A stretch of DNA of 64,000 nucleotides from Raja brachyura (Eukaryota). The translations under genes and the position numbers were made by a program. Numbering within the stretch: position 1 is the first letter of the stretch; each line of letters begins with the position of its first letter. This document shows, in pieces, positions 37,358 to 51,500 of the stretch. The notes under the pieces are model-generated. The model ran no database searches. It had not been told where the DNA came from and saw only the letters and a program-made list of their open reading frames with translations. The DNA is taken from positions 68,014,001 to 68,078,000 of the forward strand of contig OY740785.1 in NCBI GenBank assembly GCA_963514005.1, read 5' to 3'.

Positions 37358-40300
37358 TTTTACTTCAGAGTCACGTTAGTGACTACGTGAAGAAGCCTCG
37401 TCAGGCGCATGCGCGTCATTATGTCCAACGCATGGCGCACCGACGGGCTGGGGAGCGCAGCTCCACCAGCGGTAAGTAGCAACCCGCAGGTAAGTCAACG
37501 TTAAACCTTCCCTGCGAGGATTTTAAACTCTGTAAGTCTGGCTCGGAAGCCAGCAAGGGTTAGTGCTATGGAGGGTGTTGCAAATGTAAACTGCTGTAGT
37601 AGGAGCGGAACGCGGGGGGACCGCGGTTACTGCTTATAGATCGGGTTGGGAGATAATGGTTGCACTAATGCCGGCTCCACGATTACAGCTTATAGATCGG
37701 GTTGGGAGATAACGGCTGCACCAATGCCGGCTCCGATACCGGCTACTGTTTCTATCTAATAGCTCAACTGCCTCCATCAGTTCCAGTGCTTCAGGGCACT
37801 GAGGCCACTCCACCAGGGAGGAAGGCGAAAACAAAGTCCTCTCAGGCCCATCTTATCTAATGGGCCTGATGATGTGGAAGACTCCCCTCCTTTTACTATA
37901 AAGGTATGGGGACGACTCAACCAAATGGGAAAAATGCTCCAAACTTAATGAACCATGTAAAATTTCAATCGGGGTCGAATGCCCCTAGGGATCCCCACAC
38001 AGCCTCTCGCAGAGGTCCATACAGCGAAGAAGAATACACCGCTTATGGATACCAGTGGGAATCACCCTCTCCAACACCTTGTTTAGGGCTGGAAGAGTCC
38101 TCCCTAGAGCAAGACTCGGGAGAGCCAGGGCAGGAGGAGTCTGACCCTGAAGCTGGTGTCACTGCTTTTGAGCACACACCAGAGTACATGATCCATGCTC
38201 CAGGTGTCCCGGGCGTAGCAAGGAACTTCGCTATTCCGGAAGGGATGTGAGGCCATGGAAGAAAACCTGGCCACCAATGTTAATTATATGGCTTCTCACC
38301 AGCTCCAGGATGAAGAAGACCTGTTAATTGTGCATCGCTCAAAGTGCCCACCGTGAACTCTGCTATATGGGCACAAATTAGTGCAACGATGCGTGGACAA
38401 GAAATCAGGCAGCGGCTCCTCAAGTTGGTGGCAGCAGGCATCACTGCATTTGTAAAATGGTCTGGGGGGGGCACCAATGTCTGGCACACAACAAGATATG
38501 CTGGCCCTGTTCTGTAACGCATATTTTGAGGTCAACTGCATAAAACAGTTATAAAGCCGATGCTGAACCCGAAATTTGCAGCTTTGTGTAGGTCCACCAA
38601 CATCCAAGCCCCAGATTATTTATTTGGGGTGGACCTCCTCAAACAAGTCAAGGACCTGGTGGAAGAGGCCAAAACAATCGGTCTCATGAAGACATACGTC
38701 CTTTCTGCCAGGATGCCACCTCGCAGGTCATTTTCAACGCGAAGGGGGTCGGATCCAGGGGCAGAGCCAAGCAGAGCGGGGCCAGTGGGACGACGGTATT
38801 ACCCACCTGTGTATCCCAGCTACAACCCCAATATGGGAAGAAGGAGGACTTTGAGGCCGATTGTAGAGGTACAGGCGATTCATTCTGTCCAGGATAAGAT
38901 TTCTGGGGAACATCCTCCGGTTGTGGGTAGGTTGCAATTGTTTTATGATGAATGGTGCTGCATAACATCTGATCGGTTTATACCACACACTGTGTCAGGC
39001 TCTCGAATAGAGTTTATGTCAGGAATTGTTCCGCCTGTACAAAATATGCCAAATAGAGTATTGTTTTTTTCTGCACCAGAAACTCAGCAGGTAAAAGAAG
39101 AAATTATGGTTTTGTCCCAAAAAAGGGTAATTGAGAGGACGACAAACCATCCTCAACAATTTGTGTCCAATATATTCCTCAGACAGAAAAAAAGATGGGG
39201 GAATGTAGAGTCATTCTGGACCTAAACCAGTTAAATTCCTATGTTCAGTATAGGCATTTTAAAATGGACACCTTCAATACTGCGAAAAAACTGTTATCAC
39301 AACGCTGTTATATGGCAACCATAAATCTGAAAGATGCATATTACTCAGTACCAATTCATCATCAGGATCGGAGATACTTGAAATTTAGTTGGATGGGACA
39401 GCTGTGGCAATTTAAAGCATTACCCAATAGGTTAACCTCAGCTCCTAGGCTGTTCACTAAATTGTTGAAACCAGTGCTGGCGCTACTTTGGGCCCAGAAT
39501 CACATTGTAATGGCTTATCTAGATGATATTTTAATCATAAGCAACACTCAGGAGACAACTGAGGGATCGGTTTCAACAACCAAACACCTGTTTGAAAGGT
39601 TAGGGTTTCTGGTCCATCCAACAAAATCCAAGTTAGAGCCATCCCAAAAAATTGATTATTTGGGATTTGTCATTGATTCAGTTGATACGTCAGTGACTTT
39701 GCCTACAGCCAAGGCTGTGGAGATCAGGGAGGTCTGTACTAGTCTCACTGAAAAACAATATCCCTCCATCTGGGAAGTAGCCAGTGTTATTGGTAAATTG
39801 GTGGCAGCTTTTCCTGCAGTGGAGTTTGGACCTCTGCACTATCAAAGTCTGCAACGACTAGAGAACAAGCACTTAAAGAACATGCAGGTCATTTTGATAG
39901 ACCTATGCAGTTACCAACCAGAGCCATAGCAGAATTACAATGGTGGATTATCAATATTGTACAAACTACCAAAAACATTTTGGTTCAGCAACCTTCAGTG
40001 CTTTTACAAACAAATGTGAGTGCTCTGGGATGGGGAGCTACGGACAGCGAGTCTAGCTATGGTAGTAGATGGAGTGTGAAAGAGGATTTAATCCTGCACA
40101 GGCATGGTATAAATTACTTAGAATTGCTGTGTGCATTCTATGGATTAAAAGCTTATTGTACAACAATGAGTAATTTACATGTTCAACTCCAGATTGATAA
40201 TACCACGGCTGTGGCATATATCAATCACATGGGAGGAATAAGGTCAGTATCATGTGATAATCTGGCTAACCTCATGTGGCACTGGTGTATTTCTAGAAAC

Positions 40301-41895
40301 ATCTGGGTCTCAGCTATCTACCTACCAGGGAGAGATAATGTGATGGCAGACAACAGGTCACGAAAATTTAATGACAACATAGAATGGATGTTAAATCCTG
40401 ATGTTTTTAAACTGATTGTCAGCCACAATGGTTTGCCAGATATTGATCTGTTTGCATCCAGGCTAAATCACCAGTTGCCTAATTACGTTGCATGGGAACT
40501 AGATCCAGGAGCAGTAGCGGTGGATGCATTCTCGCTACATTGGGGACGTACATTCTTTTATGTTTTCCCCCATTCTGCCTGATTAGGCAATGTCTCACCA
40601 AAATAGAGCAGGACTCCGCCTCAGGCGTTTTGGTGGTTCCGGACTGGCCTACACAGCCATGGTTCCCATTGGTGCTCAGAATGATGACTCAGCCATTCAT
40701 GGCTGTCCCCAACTGCAGTAATTTGTTGGTGCATCCAGTAACAGGAGAAAGTCATCCATTACATGATCATATTAATTTGTTACTCTGCAGGTTCTGACCA
40801 GAGCGTTCCAAGGCCTTGGACTGTCAAATAGGACCATGGATGTGATAACTGCAGCTTGGAGAGATAGCACCAAGAAACAATATGTGTCTCATATTAAGAA
40901 ATGGGAGATGTGTGTTTACAGTCAGGTATATCTTATCATACTGCAAGCATACCGGATATATTGGAGTTCCTTGCTACATTGCATTTTGATGAACACTTGA
41001 GTAATAGTGCCATTAATAGTGCTCGGAGTGCTTTGTCCTCCTATTTAGGGCAGTTTCAGAACAACAACCTATCGGGTCTCATGCATTAGTGTCCCGATTC
41101 ATGAGAGGAATCTTTAACAAAAATCCTCCTAAGCCTAGATATACAGAAATCTGGGATGTCAGTATAGTTCTCACACTGCTTCAGCAATGGGCTCCAATTA
41201 CGTCATTGTATTTTTCAGAAGTTAACACTTAAAGTGGTTAAGGTCATGGGGCTAATATCAGCGCAACGAGTGCACACATTGGAACAGTTACGACTAGATA
41301 GCATGTATTCTTCTGCAGATAACATTACGTTTTATGTGTATGATTTAATCAAACAAAGCAGGCCAGGAATGGCCAGAACCAAAGTAAGCTTTAAAGCATA
41401 CCCTGTTGACCAAACGTTATATGTAGTTAAGCACCTGAGTCAATATATCGAGGTAACTAAGAGTCTCAGAAACTCTTAGACAGCAATGCTCATCAGTCAC
41501 AAAAAACCTCATTAAAAGGTGTCAGTATAAACTATTTCTAGATGGTTAAAACAGGTATTGGATTCTGCTGGAGTAGACACTCATGTGTTTAAATCTCACT
41601 CCACCAGGGCGACATCAACATCCGCAGCGAGGCCGCAGGATGGTCTAAGGAATCAACTTTTTCTAAAATTTATGATAAACCTGTCCTGACAGTGACAGGG
41701 TTTGGGCATGCTGTTTTGGGTTCCGTTTGATTTGATTTGCTTTGTCTTTATAAATTTCATTTGTAATTTCCCCTGGGATAGAGGGGTTATTACTGTTTTG
41801 TTATTTAAAAAATGATTATTGGATAATTCAAAGCAATGTTCAATACATTATTTATTCACTACTGTGTCAACTGAAGCAGTGTGTCGTATGGACTT
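37358..41895 (+). mobile_element. DIRS-type tyrosine-recombinase retrotransposon, decayed, 3' terminus missing
   Basis: gag-like region 38200-38900; RT (HFKMD, LKDAY, AYLDD) 39195-39929; RNase H (HINYLEL, IDNTTAVAYIN); DLFASRLN and FPPF methyltransferase-like block; recombinase remnants (SAINSARSAL, ISAQRV, cactccaccagg = HSTR) 40830-41730. Confidence 0.9.
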
Positions 41896-42257
41896 TTCTA
41901 TGGATTTATAGAATTTTTCGAGGATGTAACCAGTAGAGTGGATAAGGGAGACCCAGTGGATGTGTTATATCTGGACTTTCAGAAGGCTTTCGACAAGGTC
42001 CCATTTAAGAGATTAGTATGCAAACTTAAAGGACACGGTATTGGGGGTTCGGTATTGATGTGGATAGAGAATTGGCTGGCAGACAGAAAGCAAAGAGTAG
42101 GAGTAAACGGGTTATTTTCAGAATGGCAGGTAGTGGGGTACCGCAAGGCTCGGTGCTGGGACCCCAGCTATTTACAATATATATTAATGATTCGGACGAG
42201 GGAATTGAATGCAACATCTCCAAGTTTGCAGATGACACGAAGCTAGGGGGCAGTGTT

Positions 42258-43051
42258 TGTAGATGATTATTGCATGTCCCTTTAATTGTAGTTACATAGC
42301 TCTGCTAACCACTCCCCTATAATCAAGTATATCTGTGTCTTCCCATCCCCTAGCTCTCTCTCTAATGAACGTGACAGACCATGTACAGCTATGGCAGTAA
42401 TGTGTGTGTAGTTAATAAAGCTACAGTAAAGAATTCCTTGTGTGCGTGCATGTTCTTGACATGGCGTCAGAAGCTTCTTTTCCTGCGTCTCCTGTATATC
42501 GGGTTTTGTTTCTTTAGTCCCAGTTACCCTTCCCTGACTGGTTATGGCTTCCTCCTGCCGTAAGCCAGACCCGCTGATCTTCGACGATGACATTGCTCAC
42601 CGCTGGAATGTCTTCCGTCGTGATTTTGAGCACTATGTCGCAATCGCCCACCCTGCGGTGGCCCCAGCTATTAAAGCCTCCCTCCTTCTAAACCTGGCCG
42701 GTCCGGAGGCTCTGGAGCGCTCCGAGTCGTTCGTTTACGGGCTCAACGAGAGCGCCCAGGACCCGGTGTGCCTGGTCGAAAAGTTTACCGAGATGTGTGA
42801 TGTTCCCACCAACTCCATTCTGGAGCGCTTTACGTTTTTCGCGCGCCGTCAGAACCCTGGTGAGTCTGTGGACAATTTTGTCACTGCTTTGCGGCACCTA
42901 GCTAGACGGTGTAACCTGGGTGCCGCGACAGAAACCCTGACCCGCGATGTCTTGGTGTATGGTCTACGGGACGAGAAACTGCGCTCAGACCTCCTGTGCA
43001 AGCCTGATTTAACTTTCCACGAGGCTTTGCACGCCTCCAGGCTGGCAGAGG
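42258..43051 (+). mobile_element. Truncated Gypsy-type LTR element: 5' LTR, PBS and gag
   Basis: LTR TG...CA at 42258-42461 with AATAAA; PBS TGGCGTCAGAAG; gag from 42544 MASSCRKP...RRQNPGESVDNFVTALR. Confidence 0.85.
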
Positions 43052-43597
43052 GTGTGAGGAGGATGCTAGGAGGCTGCAAGGTGACTTGGATAGGCTGGGT
43101 GAGTGGGCAAATGCATGGCAGATGCAGTATAATGTGGATACCAGACTGATTCCTTGGATGTCAGGACTTTCATATGAAGAAAGACTGGATAGACTCAGCA
43201 TGTACTCGCTAGAATTTAGAAGATTGAGGAGGGGTCTTATAGAAACTTACAAAATTCTTAAGGGGTTGCAGGAAGATTGTTCCCGATGTTGGGGAAGTCC
43301 AGAACAAGGGGTCACAGTTTAAGGATAAGGCGGAAGTCTTTTAGGGTCAAGATGAGAAAAACATTTTTCACACAGAGAGTGGTGAATCTTTGGAATTCTC
43401 TGCCACAGAAGGTAGTTGAGGCCAGTTCATTGGCTATATTTAAGAGGGAGTTAGATGTGGCAGTTGGGATCAGGGGGTATGGAGAGAAGACAGGTACGGG
43501 ATACTGAGTTGGATGATCAGTCATGATCATATTGAATGGCGTTGCAGGCTCAAAGGGCCGAATGGCCTACTCCTGCACCTATTTTCTATGTTTCTAT

Positions 43598-43978
43598 GGA
43601 AGCTCCAACGTCGCGGAAGGTTCCACCAGCCCCGACGCGAGGTTCGATCGCCCGGCGCGAAGGAGCTGACATTCCCCCCCCGATGCGGGAGCTTAATCGC
43701 CTCGACACAGAGGGCCCGAACGCCGCCGGCTACGGGAGTCAAGACCATCCTGTCAACGGGGGCTTGAGGCCCATGACCGAGGAAGAACTTAGGGAAGGGA
43801 CGAACTTTAGTTCGCCTTCCATCACAGTGAGGAATGCGTAGGAGTCATTGTGGTGGATGTTCATGTTAAAATATGTTTTTGAGTGATCTGTTGCTTTTAA
43901 TTGTATGACTGACCTGGCCAATGAAATTCCTCGTACGTTGCAAAACATACTTGGCGAATAAACTGTGATTCTGATTCC
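43598..43978 (+). mobile_element. LINE 3' UTR/tail fragment (Rex/Babar-like)
   Basis: aatgaaattcctcg...aataaactgtgattctgattc terminal pattern. Confidence 0.5.
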
Positions 43979-44299
43979 TTCGTAAGGACTGCACCTGTTC
44001 AAGAAGTAGTTCACCAAAAGCAATTGGGCATTAAAATCAATGCTTCCAGCAATGTCCTCATCCTGTGCAACAGGAATACAAGTACTAACATCTGAGTTGG
44101 TGGAAAGGGGAGGTAGTTATTGTTATGTGATTCCTTGTTAGTCACTTTCCTGGAACTACTCTTCTCCATTGATATGAAGTTTAATATTGCAATGTCTGTG
44201 CTGAACATGACGACAAATTAAACTAATCCCTTTTGCATGCACATAATCTATATCTCTTCATTTCTGACATATTCCTGTGCCTATCAATAAGTCTCTTAA

Positions 44300-45699
44300 A
44301 GGCCCTGTCTCACGGTGCGAGTTGACCCACAAGTGACCCAGAGTGACAGACTCGTGGTTGTGTACGATATTCCAAGTTGATGTTCAAGTGTTTGAGGCGA
44401 GTTCCCACGGGTATGGTAAGTTTGCCGTTTACTTGTACTTTCTGCGATGTTCCGAGTTCGTCTCCAGAGTTACCAAGTTCCCCTCCCGTTTGCTCTTGAG
44501 TTACAAGTTCCCCTCCTGCTCAGGGCGTGTGTTGTTGCCGCAGTCCGGGATTCGCATTTAAAGCATTCGGTTATCTTCAGCAGTTCAGGCGAGGACAGGT
44601 TTTGGGGGGGGGGGGGGGGGGGGGGGGGCGAGGGATGGTGGAATTGGGAGAAGGCAAAGACTATGGGTGGGGAGGAGTAAGAGGGGGGCTAGGAACGGCA
44701 TCTGCGAAACGGGTAGTCAACCTTTAGGGTCCCGGCCCGAAACATCCCTATACATTTTATGATTTCCCTCCAAAGATGCAGTCTCCCGTGGTTTGTTTGC
44801 ACAACTCTCTTCCCTCTCTCTCCCAACATTGGGGGGGGGGGGACGACGACAAGATAGTTTAAACGGACCTTACCCCCACTTCATGCTTCTGTTGCGCATA
44901 ATTCAGCAGTAAAACCTCTCTTCCCCTTACCCAGCGACGCCCGATTCCTCGCACCCCCACAAGTTCACATCGACGAGAGAAGAATGAGCGGGGAGTCTGA
45001 AGAAGGATCCCGACCCGAAACATCACCCATTCCTTCTCTCCAGAGGCGATGCCTGTCCCGCTGAGTTACTCCAGCATGTTTGTGTCTATCGTCGGTGTAA
45101 ACCAGCATCTGCAGTTCCTTCCTACACACGGACAGTGAAGTGCCTCGGCCAAATTACGAACATTAGGATTCTCTGATGTGAAGGTAGTCTGGTTTGCGTT
45201 TCTTACACTTGATCATATCCGAAACTAAAGTATAGATAGACACAAAATGCTGGAGTAACTCGGCGGGACAGGCCGCATCTCTGGAGAGAAGGAATGGGTG
45301 GCGTTTTGGGTAAGTCTGAAGAAGGGTCTCGACTCCATTCCCTCTCTCCAGAGATGCTGCCTGGTCCGCTGAGTTACTCCAGCATTTTGTGTCTATTAAA
45401 GAGTTCCCACGGTAGACGCACGAATCACTAAACTTAACGCACGGGCCACTACGATATAACTCTGAGTTTAAATGTTTCAATTTTAAACTTGACCTGAGAA
45501 ATTTGACTCGTGGAAAAAGTCAAACATGTTTTACTTTTTTCACGAGTTCACAAGTTTCACAGGTACCTGCCGTTAGCGCCACGAGTGGACAAGTTGATCG
45601 CGCGAGTTCCGACGTTCCCGTTACGTTGGCTGTACGTGATCACCACGAGTGAAAACTCGGGGTCACTCGTTGGCCAACTCGCACCGTGAGACAGGGGTT
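44300..45699. mobile_element. PIF/Harbinger-type non-autonomous transposon with nested Penelope repeats
   Basis: TIR ccctgtctcacggtgcgagttg at both ends; TAA at 44297-44299 and 45700-45702. Confidence 0.8.
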
Positions 45700-46788
45700 T
45701 AAACACCACTATTGTATCTACTTTCAACCACCCTGGCATTGTGTTTCGTATTTCCTCTTCAAACAACCCTCCACTTCAAAAATACAGAGTAATCAATTGT
45801 ACTTCTGGGAAGAATGATTGTAATTGGACAGTTCAACTTTTAAAATTTGGACTTGACTGGGGAACTTGAGATTTTTGTGGGGAGAGTAGGTAGTTTGAAG
45901 TTGCAGCCATGGCCATGTGAAAGAGCTCAGCCTCTGAATTCCCGGTGGCTGCATGTTTGTTGAATGGCATGGCATGGGACCTACTGCAGGCTGCAGCTGA
46001 GCAGTACACCAGGGAAGTGACATGTCAGATGATGCAGTCCAGTGCCATGCTGAAGGACACTGGGAGTCTGGGGCTCAGGTGAACAGAAAAAACAATAGTG
46101 CATTTTCATAAGCCATGTATCGGGTTGTGAAATGAACAGCCTAAGAATTGATAAGAAAATGTAAAGTGGGTAAATCCAATGCTCAAACTGGGACTGCAAC
46201 AAATTATAGGAAAATATATATTGGAATATGAATAAACAAGAGAATGTTTCTTTGTTATAGATTATAGGAACAATGAAAATATGAAGGGCCAAGAGTCCAT
46301 AGATGTAAAGGTTATTTTCTTTTTGGAGACAATACAAAAATATAGAATAAAAGGCTCAAGGTCAAACCTTTTGTGCTCTTTTAATTTAATTTCAAGCCTG
46401 ACGTCAAATGGTATACCAAACAGTTAGGTGCATTTTTGAAAAGGTAAGGATAGAACAGAGCACTGAACCTTCACTTCAGTTGGCACGTTGCTTGAAATAA
46501 CTATTGAAATCATAAAGCCCAAAAGTCTCACCTTCCTCTGGCGAGCAAAACCAAGCCTAAAATATTCCTCCTAGCATTCTTTTCCAAGTTTAAATTCTAG
46601 GTACAACCGGTGGCGCCATGTTTTAGGTGAGAACAGCGCCAGATCAGCTCCGTAAAAATCTGTTAAAAAAACGGGGCTAAAGGAGGGTGCTAACGCTACT
46701 TACCGCAGGAGATAGATTAAAAACGGCTCCGGTGCGATTGAAGGCTGTGTGACGTCATCAGGCGCGCGACTTCGGTAAGAAATTTAAA

Positions 46789-47922
46789 ATGCAGCCCTCC
46801 TCCCCTCCCCTGAAGAAAACGGGCCTAAGAAGAGAGGCTGGCACCACCAAAGCCTCGGGCTCGAGTCTGACTGCCTCCCAGGAAGAGATCTCACAGAGGA
46901 AAGTGGAAATGGAAGAGTTCAAAAATTCCTTGATAGGTGAGATGAAGAAACTGGTGAAAGAAATAAAAGATCTGAAGAAGGAATATAAAGATGAATTTAA
47001 AGACATGAAGAAAGAATATAAAGATGAAATAAAAAATCTAAAAGCGGAGATTCTGGTGTCTCAGGAGAGAATTAAAGTGGAATTAACAAAAGAAGTTACT
47101 GAGACGGTAAAGATTATGATGAGCGAATGGAAAAGTAAGACGGAGGCTGAATTTCAAAACCGATTCTCTGAGATAAACGACAAGGTTGCTGGGTTGGAAC
47201 AAATGCTGAATGATAAGATAGATCCTATTGCCATTACAATTGACCAACACAATGAAGCACTTAAAGAACTGGCTAATTTTGCTGTAACAAGTGCCAAGGA
47301 AAGTGAGAAGTTACGTGCCGAGAATAAACGCCTCTCAGAACTACTTCGCAAAATAAATGAGAAATGTATTGATTTGGAGGGCCGACAAAGACGTAAGAAT
47401 TTGCGAATTGTAGGATTGACCGAAGGTTGTGAAGGAAATCAAGACCCACGAAAATTTGTTGCAAAACTCCTAAAGGACATTCTGGAATTGGATGAAGAAC
47501 CATTGTTGGGCCGTGCCCACAGGGCTTTAAGACGGGTCCCTGGGAGAGGTGCACCACCCAGACAAATGATTGTAAAGGTGGTGTATGATCACGTCTTTGA
47601 AGATATGATGAAGATAATAATGAGAAAGAGAAATTTGAAATACGAAGGAAATAACATTAGTATCTTCAGAGATTACCCAGCGGAAGTTGCTAAGAGAAGA
47701 TCCTTATTCACTGAAACAAGAGGCATTCTACGGAATTTAAAGAATACAGTGGATCTCAGATATGGTTTGATGTACCCAGCAACACTGAGAGTGACCTATG
47801 ACAACGAGGAACACCGCTTCGTTAAGCATACTGATGCATTGAAGTTCGCTCAAGGCATACAGAAGAAGGCAGAAGAGGAGGAAGCAGACGATGAACCACG
47901 GGAGGAAGAAGACAACGACTGA
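46789..47922 (+). CDS. L1 ORF1p (coiled coil, RRM, CTD), intact
   Basis: 377 aa; DLEGRQRRKNLRIVGL, RAHR, IFRDY, YGLMYPATLRV. Confidence 0.9.
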   Translation: MQPSSPPLKKTGLRREAGTTKASGSSLTASQEEISQRKVEMEEFKNSLIGEMKKLVKEIKDLKKEYKDEFKDMKKEYKDEIKNLKAEILVSQERIKVELTKEVTETVKIMMSEWKSKTEAEFQNRFSEINDKVAGLEQMLNDKIDPIAITIDQHNEALKELANFAVTSAKESEKLRAENKRLSELLRKINEKCIDLEGRQRRKNLRIVGLTEGCEGNQDPRKFVAKLLKDILELDEEPLLGRAHRALRRVPGRGAPPRQMIVKVVYDHVFEDMMKIIMRKRNLKYEGNNISIFRDYPAEVAKRRSLFTETRGILRNLKNTVDLRYGLMYPATLRVTYDNEEHRFVKHTDALKFAQGIQKKAEEEEADDEPREEEDND

Positions 47923-48535
47923 ACATTTTGGACTTTTATCATTAACCTGCGGTTATGAATTATTCATTGAGAAAGAGGGGAAATAATGGGAATGTAGTAG
48001 TAGTTTGGTATCAATTTGTAGAATTTCAATAATTCCCCTAACATAGTATTATTTATTATAATACTAATTACAATAGAATAGTAATTAATAAATAGTTTCA
48101 TGAATAATAGAAATAATTACTAAATCCTTAAAGTTAGTACCCCACCCCAATATACACAGTATTCTAGTTGGGAGCTGGAATATTTAACATCTTCTTTAAA
48201 CACGGAAGTCATTAGATTAATCGCCACGTTAGTGTGGCGTTCACTAACACACACTACACAATCTATCAGTGTAGTCTTTTTTTTCTTTGGGCACCCTTTT
48301 AACACCCTTTTTTCTTTTTTCACTTACATTTTCTATTTTTTTTTATATATTAAGTATTTGAATTTATGTTATATATTATATGAATGTAATTATGAACAAT
48401 ACCGTATAACTATTTTAGGTAGACATGGATATGGATTATTGAGATTGGTAATTTTCGTCGTGTTGGCGTTTGGGTGCCTTGTTGAGCTGGAGGGGCCGAG
48501 AGGGCTACTCCAAAAAAAACCACCCTAATACTAAA

Positions 48536-51500
48536 ATGCAAGATATGAATTTGAAGACTGGGGATGATGGAATCACTTTCTGTAGTTGGAATGTTAAGGG
48601 AATTAATGAACCAATAAAAAGGGGTAAGGTGTTAGCGCAGCTGAATAGATTGAAATCAGACGTTATTTTCCTCCAAGAGACGCATCTCAAAAGAGATGAT
48701 CAATATAGATTAACAGCTAAATGGATTTCAAAGGTATATCATTCTTCATTTATACATAAATCTAGGGGAGTTGCAATAATTATTCGTAAAGGTATACCTT
48801 TTAAACAAAGTTCTATAATAGAAGATAAAGAGGGCAGATATGTAATAATTACAGGGGAATTATACTCAAAAAAAGTAATTCTTATGAATATATATGCTCC
48901 TAATTTTGATAACCCATTATTTTTTAAGAAAATATTCAATAATATTCCTATATCCACTCAACATAATTTAATAATTGGGGGCGATTTAAATTGCACTTTG
49001 GATAACTACTTAGACAGATCCTCAACAAAAAGGAAAGCTATTTCTAATTCAAGTAAACTTATAAATTCTTTCATTAATTCAACTAACGTTAAGGATATTT
49101 GGAGATTAGAGAACCCATTCGGACGAGAATATTCTTTTTTCTCGCCCGTATTCGGAACCTACTCGAGGATAGATTACTTTTTAATAGACTCAAAACTGCT
49201 TCCCTTTACGTACAATGCAAAATATCACAATATTATTATTTCAGATCATGCACCATTAACATTTAAGATAAAACTAAAAGATATATCTAATAAAACTATG
49301 ACTTGGAGATTTAATCCTCAGATACTGAAGGACAAGGATTGTTGTAATCATGTGACAGAACAGATTAAATTATTCTTTGAGACAAACGACACACCTGAAA
49401 TTTCACCATTGTTACTTTGGGATACATTTAAGGCATTCATGCGTGGTGCAATAATATCGGCACAAGCATATTTTAATAAAGAAAACCGAAAGAGGGAACA
49501 GAAGTTAGAAATGGAGATAAAACAACTAGACAATGAGAATATAAAACACCCTTCTAAGGAGTTAAGTAATAAAATTGCAATAGCAAAGTATAGACTAAAT
49601 AAAATATACTCTAATCAAGTCATCAAACTTTTTCAACAAACCAAACAAGTGCATTTTGAATTTGGTGATAAACCGCATAAATTGCTAGCACGACAATTAA
49701 GAAAATTAGACGATGAAAAAACGATACATGGAATCAGATCAATGCAAGGAAATATATTGACCATACCAAAAGATATTAATGATAGATTTTTACAATATTA
49801 CCAAAATCTTTACTCATCAAAGTTAACAGGACAAACAGATGGAATGGAAACATTTCTACAAGAATGTCAAATTAAGAGTTTAGATCAGGAAGGGAGACAC
49901 TTGTTAAATGCTGAAATATCAGTGAAAGATATCGCAGAATCAATTGGTTCATTAAAGAATGGAAAAGCTGCGGGGCCTGACGGCCTGAGTGCAGAATTTT
50001 ATAAAAAATTTCAAGATCTGATCTCTCCAAGACTACATACAGTGTATAGACATGCATATGAACAAGGAAAATTACCAGATTCTTTAAATGAATCCACAAT
50101 TACACTCATACCTAAGGTAGATAAAGATCTGGAGGATCCTGGTTCATATAGAGCGATTGCCCTTCTAAATACAGACCAAAAAATATTAGCTAAAGTTTTA
50201 TCTAGGAGACTAAGTTTGGTGATTTCTAAATTAATACATTATGATCAAACAGGTTTTATTCCAAAACGCTACTCATCTCATAATCTAAGACGCCTGTTTA
50301 ATATTATATATTCTAAAAGAATACGAGATACGGAATTAGCAGTCATATCGTTAGACGCAGAAAAAGCATTTGACCAGGTGGAATGGTTATATTTATTTAA
50401 TATAATGGAAAAGTTCCAATTGGGGGATCAATTTTGTAAATGGGTAAGAATCCTATACTCGGATCCTACTGCAAGAATTCTAACTAATCAAATACTATCA
50501 GTTAAATTTAAACTCTTTAGGGGATGTAGACAAGGATGTCCGTTATCGCCTTTATTATTTGCCTTGGCGATAGAGCCTTTGGCGGAAAGAATTAGATCAG
50601 AACCTGAAATATACGGTTATAATACTGATACAACAACTAATAAAATATCCTTATATGCAGATGATGTTTTGATTTACATCACAAAACCTGAAATTAGTAT
50701 TCCAATGTTGTTTGATGTTATAAATAAATTTAGTACATTTTCTGGATATAGGATTAATTGGAATAAAAGTGATATTATGCCAATAACTAATATAAATTTA
50801 AACATATTACAACAATATCCATTATCAATAGTTACTGACAAAATTAAATATTTAGGAATTAATGTATCTAAATCTCACAATTCATTAATTAGATCGAATT
50901 ATCCTCAATTATTAGATAAACTTAAAAAAAATATTTTATATTGGAAAACACTGCCTATATCTTTGATTGGTAGAATAAATGCTATAAAGATGGTTTTTCT
51001 ACCACAATTATTATATCTGTTTCAAGCTATCCCTTTTTTCCTTCCGAAAACCTTTTTAAAAAAAATTGATAATATTGTTAATAGTTTTATCTGGGATTAT
51101 AAAAATCATAGAATAAGTAAAAAACATTTATGTAAGTCAAAGATAAATGGAGAATTAGCACTTCCAAATTTTCTATACTATTTCTGGGCAGTACAGATTA
51201 AGAATATGAATTTTTGGTGGGTAAATACGGACCTGGAACCAACGTGGCTAAAGATAGAAAAGGAAGATTGTTTGCCTTTCAACGTAGATTCAATTATTTT
51301 TGCCCCAAAGGAAGTTCAAAAAAAAATTTATAGGGACAATCCAATCATTTATAATAATAGACGTATTTGGAAACAAATAGTCAAGACTTTACAATTAGAC
51401 AATCTTTCATTTAGATTACCAATTATGAATAACCCATTATTTAAGCCCTCCACATTGGATGGAGGGTTCAGACATTGGGATAATTTAGGAATTACAAGGG

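Larger units (their letters stand above)
36372..43597 (+). mobile_element. CR1 LINE split by a DIRS and a Gypsy insertion
   Basis: Collinear ORF2 pieces: GDFNLHIDW and SPGPDRLHPRVLKE (36378-37357), EFFEDVT...FADD (41905-42257), C-terminus and tail (43052-43597). Confidence 0.85.

Noticed and set aside
42544-43149. Gag-CR1 fusion ORF as a domesticated gene
   Set aside because: The C-terminal part is out-of-frame CR1 sequence after a truncation junction; no evidence of selection
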